From Lachnospiraceae bacterium (GTDB lineage: Bacteria > Bacillota > Clostridia > Lachnospirales > Lachnospiraceae): a stretch of DNA of 64,000 nt. The position numbers and the translations under genes were made by a program. This document shows, piece by piece, positions 45,722-55,360 of this stretch. How positions within the stretch are numbered: position 1 is the stretch's first letter; the number at the start of each line of letters is the position of its first letter. The stretch is from NCBI GenBank assembly GCA_015056735.1, contig SVFT01000002.1, forward strand, positions 100,432 through 164,431. Reading direction: 5' to 3'. Under the pieces are notes generated by a model. The model saw only the letters and a list, made by a program, of their open reading frames with translations. It did no database searches and had not been told where the DNA came from.

Positions 45722-46984
45722 ATGACGACAAAACGGAAAATCTTATCGCTCGGACTCATTCTGGTTCTTGTGGGGGCCGCATATGTCGGAGCGAAGGTCA
45801 TTCCCGATCTGAAAGGCGGTCCTGCAACGCGCGGCAAGGATACCCTGTATATCTGGTATACGGATGAGGCGCTGACGGACTACCTGACCAATATGTCAGC
45901 TTCTTATTACGAGGAACATGGCGTGCCCATCCTTCCGGTCTTGAAGGACGGTCTGGAATATACAGAGACGATCTACCGCGCATCGATCAGCGAGGATGCT
46001 GATGCGGAGCCTGCGCCGGATCTTTTTATCACGACCAATGACAACCTGGAGAAGGCATATCTCTCGGGGATCGCGGATGTGATCGCAAACGATGTCGGCA
46101 CGGTCAGCGACCGGAATTATCCGAAGACGGCGCTCGATGCGGTCACTTACAAAGGAAAGACGGTCGCATATCCGTTCTACTATGAGACCAGTGCATTTCT
46201 GTACAACAAGACGTTTATGGATGAGTCCGGGCAAAAGGTGCCGGGCAATCTCGAGGAACTCCTTGCGTTTGCCGCCGACTATGATCCGCCGGAGACGGTC
46301 GAGACGATCTTCAGTTGGGATGTTTCCGATATCTTCTACAACTATTACTTTTCGGGGAACTACATGATCGTAGGCGGTGATACCGGCGACGATCCGACGC
46401 AGCTTGACATTGACAATAAGAATACGCGTGCGTGCCTTGAGATGTACCAGCAGCTCAACCAGTTCTTCTCGATCGACACAAAGGAAGTCGATTATGATTC
46501 GGTCGTAAGGGACTTTATCGACGGAAAGATCGTAATGACGGTCGCAACGAGCGACGTGATCGGAAAGCTGGAAGCGGCCAAGGCTGACGGTTCCTTTGCA
46601 TACGAATATGCGACGGCGGCGATGCCGGATATTACGACGGAGCTGAAGGGAAGAAGCCTTTCCGTTACGGATGCGATCGTTGTAAACGGTTTCTCTGAAA
46701 AAACGGACAAAGCGAATGACTTTGCAAACTATTTATCCTACAGCAAAGCGCAGGAACTCTACGATATCACCGGTAAGCTCCCGTCAAGAAGCGGACTTAC
46801 CTATGCGAATCCGGCGGTGAAAGGATTTGAGAGCGAGTATGCGAAGTCGATCTCCATGCCCAAGCTCCTTGGTTCCGGCAATTTCTGGGTACAGCTCGAG
46901 ATCTGTTTTTCCAAGATCTGGAACGGACAGGAAGTTACGCCGCTCTTAAAAGAGCTGGCAAAGAGCATGCAGGCACAACTGTAA
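45722..46984 (+). CDS. extracellular solute-binding protein (MalE-like family 1), membrane-anchored, orphan
   Basis: Uncleaved N-terminal anchor with no lipobox, and an SBP_bac_1-like body (TLYIWYTDE..., AYPFYYETSAFLYNK). No permease or ATPase genes adjacent. Confidence 0.7.
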   Translation: MTTKRKILSLGLILVLVGAAYVGAKVIPDLKGGPATRGKDTLYIWYTDEALTDYLTNMSASYYEEHGVPILPVLKDGLEYTETIYRASISEDADAEPAPDLFITTNDNLEKAYLSGIADVIANDVGTVSDRNYPKTALDAVTYKGKTVAYPFYYETSAFLYNKTFMDESGQKVPGNLEELLAFAADYDPPETVETIFSWDVSDIFYNYYFSGNYMIVGGDTGDDPTQLDIDNKNTRACLEMYQQLNQFFSIDTKEVDYDSVVRDFIDGKIVMTVATSDVIGKLEAAKADGSFAYEYATAAMPDITTELKGRSLSVTDAIVVNGFSEKTDKANDFANYLSYSKAQELYDITGKLPSRSGLTYANPAVKGFESEYAKSISMPKLLGSGNFWVQLEICFSKIWNGQEVTPLLKELAKSMQAQL

Positions 46985-47001
46985 AAAATGTTTTAAATTA
47001 T

Positions 47002-47032
47002 GGGAACGGCATCTTGCACCGTTCCCTTTTTT
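47002..47032 (+). terminator. rho-independent terminator closing the arg cluster
   Basis: GGGAACGG-CATCTTGCA-CCGTTCCC followed by TTTTTT. Confidence 0.85.
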
Positions 47033-47084
47033 CTTCTAGAATAGGAATATCAGCGCAGAGGCTCTCTTAAAAAAGGAGAGACTG

Positions 47085-47669
47085 ATGCATAAAAAAACGA
47101 TACTGACTGATGTGGTCATTTTAACGGTAACCTGCGGCATGATGCTGTTTTTACAAGGATGCAGCCGACAGGATATGCCGACCTTAAAAAGTGAAGAGAC
47201 TTATCTGGTAGAAGAGTACGAGGATCAGGTGCTCGCAGAGGATGCGGACACAACAAATAACACATGTTACGTGTATATCTGCGGCGCTGTCAGGAATCCC
47301 GGCGTCTATGAGATGAAGCCGGGTGAACGGATCTTCCGTGCTGTAGAGCTGGCAGGCGGTTTTACCTATGACGCGGCGCCGGAGAAGGTCAACCAGGCGC
47401 TTCCCGTGGAGGATGGACTCTCGATCGTGGTCCCGACCGTCTCTGAGGCGCAGGCGGAGTCCGAACGGGCGAGCGGGCTTGTCGATATCAACACGGCCTC
47501 CAAGGCGGAGCTTTGTACGCTTAAGGGGATCGGCGAGACGAGAGCCGATGCGATCATTGCGTATCGGAGCGAAAAGGGCGGTTTTGCCAGGATCGAGGAT
47601 ATCATGCTTGTCTCCGGAATCGGGGAGAGCAGTTTTAACAAGTTCAAAGACAGTATCATTGTTCGATAG
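47085..47669 (+). CDS. comEA: competence protein ComEA (SLBB plus helix-hairpin-helix DNA binding)
   Basis: VYICGAVRNPGVY (SLBB) and INTASKAELCTLKGIGETRADAIIAYR...IEDIMLVSGIGESSF (HhH x2). Confidence 0.85.
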   Translation: MHKKTILTDVVILTVTCGMMLFLQGCSRQDMPTLKSEETYLVEEYEDQVLAEDADTTNNTCYVYICGAVRNPGVYEMKPGERIFRAVELAGGFTYDAAPEKVNQALPVEDGLSIVVPTVSEAQAESERASGLVDINTASKAELCTLKGIGETRADAIIAYRSEKGGFARIEDIMLVSGIGESSFNKFKDSIIVR

Positions 47670-47713
47670 AGCTTTGCGGGATGCAGGGCAGGACGGGAAC
47701 AGGTAGGAGAGAT

Positions 47714-48406
47714 ATGGCTAAGAGAGTTCTGGTTGTGGATGACGAGAAGCTGATCGTAAAGGGGATCCGTTTCAGCCTGGAACAGGACGGTATGGAAGTG
47801 GATGCCGCTTATGACGGTGAGGAAGCCCTTCAGCTTGCGTCGCAGAATAAGTATGATATCATCCTTTTGGATGTCATGCTCCCGAAGCTGACAGGATTTG
47901 AAGTGTGTCAGCAGATCCGTGACTTCTCCGATGTCCCGATCGTGATGCTGACAGCCAAGGGCGAAGATATGGACAAGATCCTTGGTCTTGAGTACGGTGC
48001 AGACGATTATATCACAAAGCCTTTCAACATCCTCGAAGTGAAGGCCAGGATCAAGGCCATCATCAGAAGGACCGGCCGTGGCCATGCCTCGGAAGAGCAA
48101 AAGAAGATCATCCACGTCGGTGAGATGAAGATCGATGCAGACAACCGCAGCGTTTATGTCGGCGACAGAGAGATCAATCTGACGGCTAAGGAATTCGATA
48201 TGCTCGAACTTCTTGCCACGCATCCGAATACCGTATATTCACGCGAGAGCCTTTTGAAAGCGGTATGGGGGAGCGATTACCCCGGTGATGTCCGTACGGT
48301 CGATGTTCACATCAGAAGGCTGCGCGAGAAGATCGAACAGAACCCCGGCGAGCCGAAATATGTTCACACCAAATGGGGTGTCGGCTACTATTTGCGGGAG
48401 CAATAA
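47714..48406 (+). CDS. OmpR/PhoB-family response regulator (WalR-like)
   Basis: RVLVVDDE...ILLDVMLPKLTG...KPF receiver and a winged-helix output (VHIRRLREKIE...TKWGVGY). Confidence 0.9.
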   Translation: MAKRVLVVDDEKLIVKGIRFSLEQDGMEVDAAYDGEEALQLASQNKYDIILLDVMLPKLTGFEVCQQIRDFSDVPIVMLTAKGEDMDKILGLEYGADDYITKPFNILEVKARIKAIIRRTGRGHASEEQKKIIHVGEMKIDADNRSVYVGDREINLTAKEFDMLELLATHPNTVYSRESLLKAVWGSDYPGDVRTVDVHIRRLREKIEQNPGEPKYVHTKWGVGYYLREQ

Positions 48407-48409
48407 CGC

Positions 48410-49906
48410 ATGAAACATCTGCTGAAACGATTTGAAATATTCAGAAGTCTGAAAGCACGTCTTTTTGTCATTCTGCTGCTGGCCGGTCTGATCCCCGCGA
48501 TCGGGATGCGGATCGGTATCCTCAGCAATTATGAGGACCGTGCGGTCGAACTTCGTACAAGCGATGTACAGAACCAGTTCAAGATCCTTGCCAATCACCT
48601 CGTTACGCTTGGCTATATGCACAGCCAGGATTCAGACGTGGTCAATGCGGAGCTTGAACAGTTCACCAACCTGTACGACGGCCGTGTCCTTATCATCGAC
48701 AGAAATTTCAAGGTTATTAAAGATACATACGGCATCAGCGAAGGGAAGTTTATCATTTCGGAAGAGGTGATCAACTGCTTTAACGGTGTCAGCACATCCA
48801 ACTATGACGATGTGAACGGCTATATAGAGATCACAACGCCGATCATCGAGACAGCGCCGAAAGAGGCCCCGACCGGCAGTTCGATCGCAGGAGCAGGTGC
48901 AGCGATCGATACGACCGCAATGGTCGGCGACGCAACAGTTGGCGTTATGTTAACCAGCGTATCGACGGACAATATCGTATCGATGCTCTCCGGCTTATCG
49001 CGTCGTGCACATGTTTTCGAGATCATCGTCATGGTGCTTTTTGCTGTTTTTGCCTTTATCATGGCGCACCTTGTGACGGCGCCGTTTGAACGGATCACGG
49101 CATCGATCAATGCGGTCAAAGCCGGCTTTACGGATGAGAAGATCGAGGTGGATGACTATCTGGAGACGGAGCATATCGTCGACGCATTCAACCAGATGCG
49201 AGGCCGCATGAAGCTGCTCGATGACTCCAGACAGGAGTTCGTATCAAATGTCTCGCATGAATTGAAAACACCGCTGACTTCCATGAAAGTACTTGCGGAT
49301 TCACTGATCGCGCAGGAAGAAGTGCCCAACGAGCTGTACCGTGAGTTTATGACCGATATCGCGGATGAGATCGAGCGTGAGAATACGATCATCAATGATC
49401 TTCTCTCGCTTGTGAAGATGGACTTAAAAGAAGCGCAGCCGAGCATTGCACAGGTAGATGTCAATGCGCTCATCGAGCTGATCATGAAGCGTCTGCGCCC
49501 GATCGCTGTGCGGAGCAATGTCGAGCTGATCTTTGAAAGCCTCCGTCCCGTCACAGCGCAGATCGACGAAGTGAAGATCACACTCGCATTCACAAACCTT
49601 GTGGAAAATGCGATCAAATACAACAATCCGCATGGCTGGGTACGCGTTACGCTCGATGCGGACCATCAGTATTTTACATTGGAGGTCGCAGATAACGGTA
49701 TCGGTATTCCGGAGGATTCGCTTGACCATATCTATGAACGTTTTTACCGTGTGGACAAATCGCACTCGCGCGAGATCGGCGGTACGGGCCTCGGCCTTTC
49801 CATCACACGGAATGCGATCCTGATGCACCGCGGCACGATCGATGTGACGAGCCACGAAGGCGAAGGCACCCGTTTTACCGTTCGCATCCCGCTCATCTAC
49901 ACATAA
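48410..49906 (+). CDS. sensor histidine kinase (two TM, HAMP, HisKA, HATPase), cognate to the upstream regulator
   Basis: FVSNVSHELKTPLTS H-box, NLVENAIKYN, DNGIGI and GGTGLGLSI boxes are all intact. Confidence 0.9.
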   Translation: MKHLLKRFEIFRSLKARLFVILLLAGLIPAIGMRIGILSNYEDRAVELRTSDVQNQFKILANHLVTLGYMHSQDSDVVNAELEQFTNLYDGRVLIIDRNFKVIKDTYGISEGKFIISEEVINCFNGVSTSNYDDVNGYIEITTPIIETAPKEAPTGSSIAGAGAAIDTTAMVGDATVGVMLTSVSTDNIVSMLSGLSRRAHVFEIIVMVLFAVFAFIMAHLVTAPFERITASINAVKAGFTDEKIEVDDYLETEHIVDAFNQMRGRMKLLDDSRQEFVSNVSHELKTPLTSMKVLADSLIAQEEVPNELYREFMTDIADEIERENTIINDLLSLVKMDLKEAQPSIAQVDVNALIELIMKRLRPIAVRSNVELIFESLRPVTAQIDEVKITLAFTNLVENAIKYNNPHGWVRVTLDADHQYFTLEVADNGIGIPEDSLDHIYERFYRVDKSHSREIGGTGLGLSITRNAILMHRGTIDVTSHEGEGTRFTVRIPLIYT

Positions 49907-49923
49907 GGAGCATTTTTGATCAT

Positions 49924-50853
49924 ATGAAAAAAGAAGTAAAACGCCTTCTTCTGATGCTCGCAGCCTGCAGCTGTTTGCTTGCCGGATGTACGCGTAAGGA
50001 AGAGGCGGGACAAAGCGGTCAGATCGACTGCTATTATTTGAATAAAGAAGCAACAAAGCTTGTCAGTGAGCCTGTGGAGCTCTCGCAGGTAGAGACGCTG
50101 GATCAGATCAATGAGATGTTTGATCTCATGACGGCCATTCCGTCCGATGTCAACAAGAAAGCACCCGTTTCAGGTGAATTTGAGGTGCTCTCGATCACCT
50201 ATGACGGTTCCAAAGTGGCGGTGGAGGTGAATGAAAAGTATCGCGCCTTGTCCCCGTCGACGGAGATCCTGACACGTGCGGCTATCGTGCGCAATCTGAC
50301 GCAGCTTGGCGGTGTGGATTATGTGACAATGAATATTCAGGGAGATCCTCTGACAGATCGCTTGGGGAACCCGATCGGGCCCATGGAAGCCTCGATGTTC
50401 ATTGATAATACAGGAAACGAGATCAATGCGTACGAAAAGACCACACTGAAGCTTTTCTTTGCAAACGAAAAAGGCGACCGCCTGATCGAAGCATCCAGGA
50501 CGGTCGTCTATAATACCAATATTTCACTTGAAAAGCTTGTGGTAGAGCAGCTTATCAAAGGGCCGAACAGCCGGCTGATCTATCCCGTTATGAATCCGGA
50601 GACAAAGGTAAATTCCGTAACGGTCAAAGATGGGATCTGTTATGTAAACCTCGGAGAAGGATTCCTGACGCAGACGACCAATGTCTCGACGGAGGCAACG
50701 ATCTATGCGATCACAAACTCGCTTGTCGAGCTGCCCAATATCAATAAGGTGCAGATCTCCGTGGAAGGCAATACGGATCTGAACTACCGGGAGACGGTAC
50801 CGCTTTCGACGATCTTTGAACGAAACTATGAGATCGTTACTAAGAACGATTAA
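49924..50853 (+). CDS. GerMN domain-containing lipoprotein
   Basis: Lipobox LLAGC and two GerMN-like repeats (LVVEQLIKGP...). Confidence 0.75.
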   Translation: MKKEVKRLLLMLAACSCLLAGCTRKEEAGQSGQIDCYYLNKEATKLVSEPVELSQVETLDQINEMFDLMTAIPSDVNKKAPVSGEFEVLSITYDGSKVAVEVNEKYRALSPSTEILTRAAIVRNLTQLGGVDYVTMNIQGDPLTDRLGNPIGPMEASMFIDNTGNEINAYEKTTLKLFFANEKGDRLIEASRTVVYNTNISLEKLVVEQLIKGPNSRLIYPVMNPETKVNSVTVKDGICYVNLGEGFLTQTTNVSTEATIYAITNSLVELPNINKVQISVEGNTDLNYRETVPLSTIFERNYEIVTKND

Positions 50854-51434
50854 CCCTTAACCGCTTTTTCAATGAGGTCTACGCACAGATCATAGCCGAG
50901 TGCGCTGACATCGAGCATCAGATTGTAGTTGTGACACTCGCCCCATTTCTTGCCGCTGAATCGTTCATAGTATGCGATCCTGCCGCGGTCATGTGCTTTC
51001 AGGACCTTGTGCACATCTTTTTCTTCTACGGGATGATCGACCAGAAGCTCTTCGGTGTATCTCTCACGGAACGCATCGTCCGCATAAAGAAATACATGAA
51101 AGCTGTCGATGCCGGCTTCCTGCATGATATGATCCGAGCAGCGCCCCAGAATGATGCAGGGGCCTTTCCGGGCCAGATCAAGGAGGATCTCCTTCTCTCT
51201 CTCGTAAATGTGCGTTTTCTCATCATAGGAGATGGGGGTGATGTGTCTGACAAAAGAGTTCATCGGCGTGATCTCTTCATCGCCCTCGTATTCTGCCAGA
51301 TCCCAACCGTGTTCTTTGCCGATCTGCCTTACGATGTCCCAGTCATAGAACGGGATCGCGAGTCGCTCGGACAGTGCTTTGCCGATCGAATGGCCGCCGG
51401 CACCGAATTCTCTGCTGATCGTGATTACTTTCAT
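50850..51434 (-). CDS. cytidylate kinase-like family protein
   Basis: MKVITISREFGAGGHSIGKALSERLAIPFYD P-loop-like start typical of this family. Confidence 0.8.
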   Translation of the reverse strand: MKVITISREFGAGGHSIGKALSERLAIPFYDWDIVRQIGKEHGWDLAEYEGDEEITPMNSFVRHITPISYDEKTHIYEREKEILLDLARKGPCIILGRCSDHIMQEAGIDSFHVFLYADDAFRERYTEELLVDHPVEEKDVHKVLKAHDRGRIAYYERFSGKKWGECHNYNLMLDVSALGYDLCVDLIEKAVKG

Positions 51435-51586
51435 GCTTCGCTCCTCATTTATGATTTCCGCACAGTGCGGATGCTTTTTCTTATTCTGATTGTAGCACTG
51501 TTTTTGGCAGGTGTCATAAAAAAAGCAAAAATGAAAAGCTTTTGTGATAAGATAGATAAGAACAGGAAGGCGAAAGGAGGCAGGCT

Positions 51587-52297
51587 ATGGAGATCCGTCA
51601 ACCGATATGGATCATCGATGATGATGCGATGCGCGCAGAGCAGATCTGCGGCCTTTTGACGCCTTTGTTTGAAGCTTCGCGTAAAGATTCTTTGCAGGAT
51701 GTGCTTTCCTCTTTTGAGAAAAGTGTGCCTGCTCTCATTCTTTTGTCCTATTCGATGGAGAGTGATGATCCGCTTGACATTCTGGAGGGGATCAAGGATC
51801 ATCCGCTCGGCGCTGCGGTTCCCGTATTGATGCTGACAGATGACACCGTGACACAGGCTGATGAAGCCCAGATCCTTGGCGGAGGTGCAGCCGGTCATGT
51901 CAGAAACGATATCCCGGCGGATATCCTTTTGTCAAAGATCGGAAAACTGACGGGGATGCCTTTCGATGCGCTGGTCGATGAGGATGCGGCGATCGCATAC
52001 TGCGGATCCAGAGAGGTCTTTTTGGAAGTTGCACGGACATTTGTGACGATCGAGCCGGAAGACCGCGACAAGATCGCATTTGCCGCATCACAACCGGACC
52101 TTGGCGGGTATACGGTTCGCGTTCATGCGCTGAAAAATGCGGCGAAGGTGGTGGGCGCGATCACTTTGTCCGATCATGCCGCGCGTCTTGAAAAAAGCGG
52201 CAAAGCCGGCGATTGTGACGCGGTCACGGCATTGACACCGACCCTTCTTGCGCTTTATGATAGGTGCGCGGAAGAGTTGAAAGGAATCATAGCATGA
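51587..52297 (+). CDS. atypical receiver plus Hpt phosphotransfer domain protein
   Basis: IWIIDDD...LILLSYSME (Ser where the phospho-Asp is expected)...VLMLTDD, then the Hpt motif VHALKNAAKVVGA. Confidence 0.75.
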   Translation: MEIRQPIWIIDDDAMRAEQICGLLTPLFEASRKDSLQDVLSSFEKSVPALILLSYSMESDDPLDILEGIKDHPLGAAVPVLMLTDDTVTQADEAQILGGGAAGHVRNDIPADILLSKIGKLTGMPFDALVDEDAAIAYCGSREVFLEVARTFVTIEPEDRDKIAFAASQPDLGGYTVRVHALKNAAKVVGAITLSDHAARLEKSGKAGDCDAVTALTPTLLALYDRCAEELKGIIA

Positions 52298-53646
52298 AAC
52301 GTTCTTATGAGATCGATATGTGCGAGGGGCCGATCTTCAGCAAAGTGCTGATTTTTACGGTTCCTCTCATTTTGTCCAGCATATTGCAGCTTTTGTTCAA
52401 TGCGGCGGATGTGATCGTCGTGGGCCGGTATGACGGACAGCAGTCACTGGCGGCTGTCGGTTCGACGACCTCTCTGACGAATCTACTGATCAGTTTCTTT
52501 ATGGGACTGTCTGTCGGCGCAAACGTTCTTGTTGCCAGATATATCGGCGCGAAGAATGACAGGGAAGTATCCGATACCGTGCATACCGCGATCGCGGTTT
52601 CACTTGTCGGAGGTGTGCTGATCGGACTGATCGGGATCCTGTTTGCCTACCCGCTTCTGAACCTGATGGATACACCTGCGGATGTCATCGACAGATCCGC
52701 GCTTTATATGCGTGTCTACTTTGTCGGCATGCCGGTGATCCTGCTCTATAATTTCGGGAGTGCGATCCTGCGTGCGATCGGTGATACGAGGAGACCGCTT
52801 TACTATCTGGCAATCGCCGGTGTCCTTAATGTGGGGCTGAACCTTTTTTTCGTGATTGCACTGCATATGGGCGTTGCGGGTGTCGCGCTTGCGACGGTGC
52901 TGTCGCAGTGCCTTTCATCGTGGCTTGTGATTCGTTGTCTGCAAAAAAGCGAGGGTAGCTATAAACTGGTCCTTTCAAAAATCCATATCAATTTCGGGAA
53001 GCTTTTGAAGATCGCACATATCGGGCTGCCGGCCGGCCTGCAGAGCTCACTTTTTTCCATATCCAACGTACTGATCCAGTCATCCGTGAATTCCTTTGGA
53101 TCAATCGCGGTGGCAGGCAATACGGCAAGCGCCAATGCGGAAGGATTTATCTATGTGTCAATGAATGCGGTGCATTATACCTCAACGAGCTTTGTGAGCC
53201 AGAACCTCGGCGGCATGAAATGGAAGCGGATTGATCGTGTTGTGATCGAATGTTTCCTTTTAACGGCAGGAATCGGAATCGTTTTGGGATGTCTTGCAAC
53301 ACTTTTCGGGGAGAGCATTTTGGGACTCTATTCTGAAGATGCCAAGGTGATCTCATTCGGTATCCTGCGTCTTACGATCATCGCCCTCACGTATTTTCTC
53401 TGCGGGACGATGGATGTCATGGTCGGCGCGATGCGAGGCCTTGGCTATGCGGTGCTACCGATGATCGTTTCCTTAACAGGCGCATGTCTGTTTCGCGTTG
53501 TCTGGATCTTTACCGTATTCCGGATGGACCATTCGCTTCGGACACTTTACATCTCGTATCCGATCTCCTGGGGATTGACCACTTTGGTCCACTTGATCTG
53601 TTTTGTGATCGTACGTCGGCGCCTTCGGGCAAAATTGTGCGTGTAG
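52294..53646 (+). CDS. MATE family efflux transporter
   Basis: GPIFSKVLIFTVPLILSSILQLLFNAADVIVVG N-terminus and a 12-TM profile. ATGA overlap with the Hpt gene. Confidence 0.85.
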   Translation: MKRSYEIDMCEGPIFSKVLIFTVPLILSSILQLLFNAADVIVVGRYDGQQSLAAVGSTTSLTNLLISFFMGLSVGANVLVARYIGAKNDREVSDTVHTAIAVSLVGGVLIGLIGILFAYPLLNLMDTPADVIDRSALYMRVYFVGMPVILLYNFGSAILRAIGDTRRPLYYLAIAGVLNVGLNLFFVIALHMGVAGVALATVLSQCLSSWLVIRCLQKSEGSYKLVLSKIHINFGKLLKIAHIGLPAGLQSSLFSISNVLIQSSVNSFGSIAVAGNTASANAEGFIYVSMNAVHYTSTSFVSQNLGGMKWKRIDRVVIECFLLTAGIGIVLGCLATLFGESILGLYSEDAKVISFGILRLTIIALTYFLCGTMDVMVGAMRGLGYAVLPMIVSLTGACLFRVVWIFTVFRMDHSLRTLYISYPISWGLTTLVHLICFVIVRRRLRAKLCV

Positions 53647-53725
53647 AACACACTTTTTTCACAAAATAAACAAAAACTGTACACGGACCTCCTGTATGAT
53701 AGATAATGAGTACAGGAGGTTTTTT

Positions 53726-55360
53726 ATGCCCGCTAAGATCGATAAAGATGAAGAGATCATCCTTCATCCTGTAAATAGAAAGAAGCGTATTGTGATCGCA
53801 CTGGTGATCCTGATCCTGGTTGCGGGGATCGGGACAGCGGTGTGGTTTTTTTACTTTCGCCGGACAGAGATGCCGGCACCGGAGCTCCCGGCTGCGCTGC
53901 AGGGTCGTACGGATCTTGTGGCGGCGACCGGAACGACGATGGAGGGTGTGACCGATATCTCGGTCGATACAACGTTTCTGGATACCGATCTGATCGTGGA
54001 TGAGGTTTTTGTATCGAACGATTCGGAAGTGCAGAAGGCGGAGAAAGTGCTGACAATCACCGATGCTTCCTATAAGGCGGCAACGAGAGAACTCGAACGC
54101 GCCGAGATGGATGCAAAGCTTGCATACAGACAGGGCTGCATCGATTACGAGATCAAAAAGCTAGAGGCGGAGGAGACCTATAACAAGAGTCTGATCGAAG
54201 CGAACCTTTCCGAGACGACCATGGCAGATGCGATCGCGGTAGCACAGATCGAAGTGCAGAAGGCGGAAAAGGATCTGAAGGATGCGAACAAGCTCCTTGA
54301 GGAGTATCAGTCTGCGATCAATGACAACTATTACTACACGAAATACGAAGTGGATCGGAAGAAGGCCGATTATGAGAAAAACATGACGGAATTCTTCGAT
54401 AAACTGGATGCCTGGGGTTATGAACTGGATGACGGTGATACCTCTGCGGAAGGATATGAGTACGATCCCGATAACTTTACGATCGTCGGTGCGACCAAAA
54501 GGGGCGAGTCGATCGCAAGGAGCGGCAACGGTGAAGAGACGATCCTGGAACTTTTGAAGGACGCGTACCAGAAGAATAAGGACGAATATGACGATGCGCT
54601 TGAGGATGCCGAGGAAGCGACCGAAAAGGCAAAGGCCGGACTTGCGGCGGCGCAGGACGATGTAGAGCTTAAGACACTTGCGCTCGAAGAAGCCGGGATC
54701 AAGCTTGAGAAGGACAAGACGGAAGCCGCAAACAAAAAGGCGGAGACCGAAGAAGCCGGAAAGCGCGCAAAGGCTACGTATGATCAGACGATCAGGAAGC
54801 TGGAAGAGGATCTGAAGATCCTGAATGATGCGCAGGATGAGGCAACGGAGAACAGGACATATTTCTCGGGCCTTTTCGAAGACGGCGCGATCTATACAAA
54901 GAATGCGGGCACGATCATGTATATCGATGCGTCAGCGGGGAAAAAGTTGGCGAACGGATTTCTGATGGCGTATACCAATACGGATACCATCAGTGTGCAT
55001 GCCTCCGTCGATCAGTCGGATATCGCCAAGCTTAATGTCGGTGATGTCGCAACCGTTGTTTTGGAAGACAAGGATCCGCTTACCGGGAAGATCGAGTCGA
55101 TTGATCCTGTTTCAAGATCCGATTCCAAAGCATCCGTATCGTACAATGTTACCGTCACGATCGAGACGGGTGATGCCGACGTTGAATCCAATATGACGGC
55201 GACGGTTTACTTTGGCCTTGATGCGGATGAATACAGCAGCATCATGGAGAGTTCCGGTGGGGATGCTTTTTCGATCCGGGCGTCGGAGAATGAGGGCGGA
55301 AATCACGGCGGCAGACCCGGTGGAGCGCCGTCCGGAAAGCCGGGAGGTGGAAGGCCATGA
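53726..55360 (+). CDS. HlyD-family membrane-fusion (periplasmic adaptor-like) protein 1, long coiled coil
   Basis: N-terminal TM, split lipoyl-like halves (LIVDEVFVSNDSEV.. and AIYTKNAGTIMYI) separated by about 275 aa of heptad-rich sequence, a beta-barrel region, and a Gly/Pro-rich tail. AGGAGG RBS. Confidence 0.8.
   Translation: MPAKIDKDEEIILHPVNRKKRIVIALVILILVAGIGTAVWFFYFRRTEMPAPELPAALQGRTDLVAATGTTMEGVTDISVDTTFLDTDLIVDEVFVSNDSEVQKAEKVLTITDASYKAATRELERAEMDAKLAYRQGCIDYEIKKLEAEETYNKSLIEANLSETTMADAIAVAQIEVQKAEKDLKDANKLLEEYQSAINDNYYYTKYEVDRKKADYEKNMTEFFDKLDAWGYELDDGDTSAEGYEYDPDNFTIVGATKRGESIARSGNGEETILELLKDAYQKNKDEYDDALEDAEEATEKAKAGLAAAQDDVELKTLALEEAGIKLEKDKTEAANKKAETEEAGKRAKATYDQTIRKLEEDLKILNDAQDEATENRTYFSGLFEDGAIYTKNAGTIMYIDASAGKKLANGFLMAYTNTDTISVHASVDQSDIAKLNVGDVATVVLEDKDPLTGKIESIDPVSRSDSKASVSYNVTVTIETGDADVESNMTATVYFGLDADEYSSIMESSGGDAFSIRASENEGGNHGGRPGGAPSGKPGGGRP

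Noticed and set aside
47366-48223. 285-aa ORF antisense to comEA and the OmpR-type regulator.
   Set aside because: It crosses an intergenic region and two well-supported plus-strand genes, so it is a shadow ORF.
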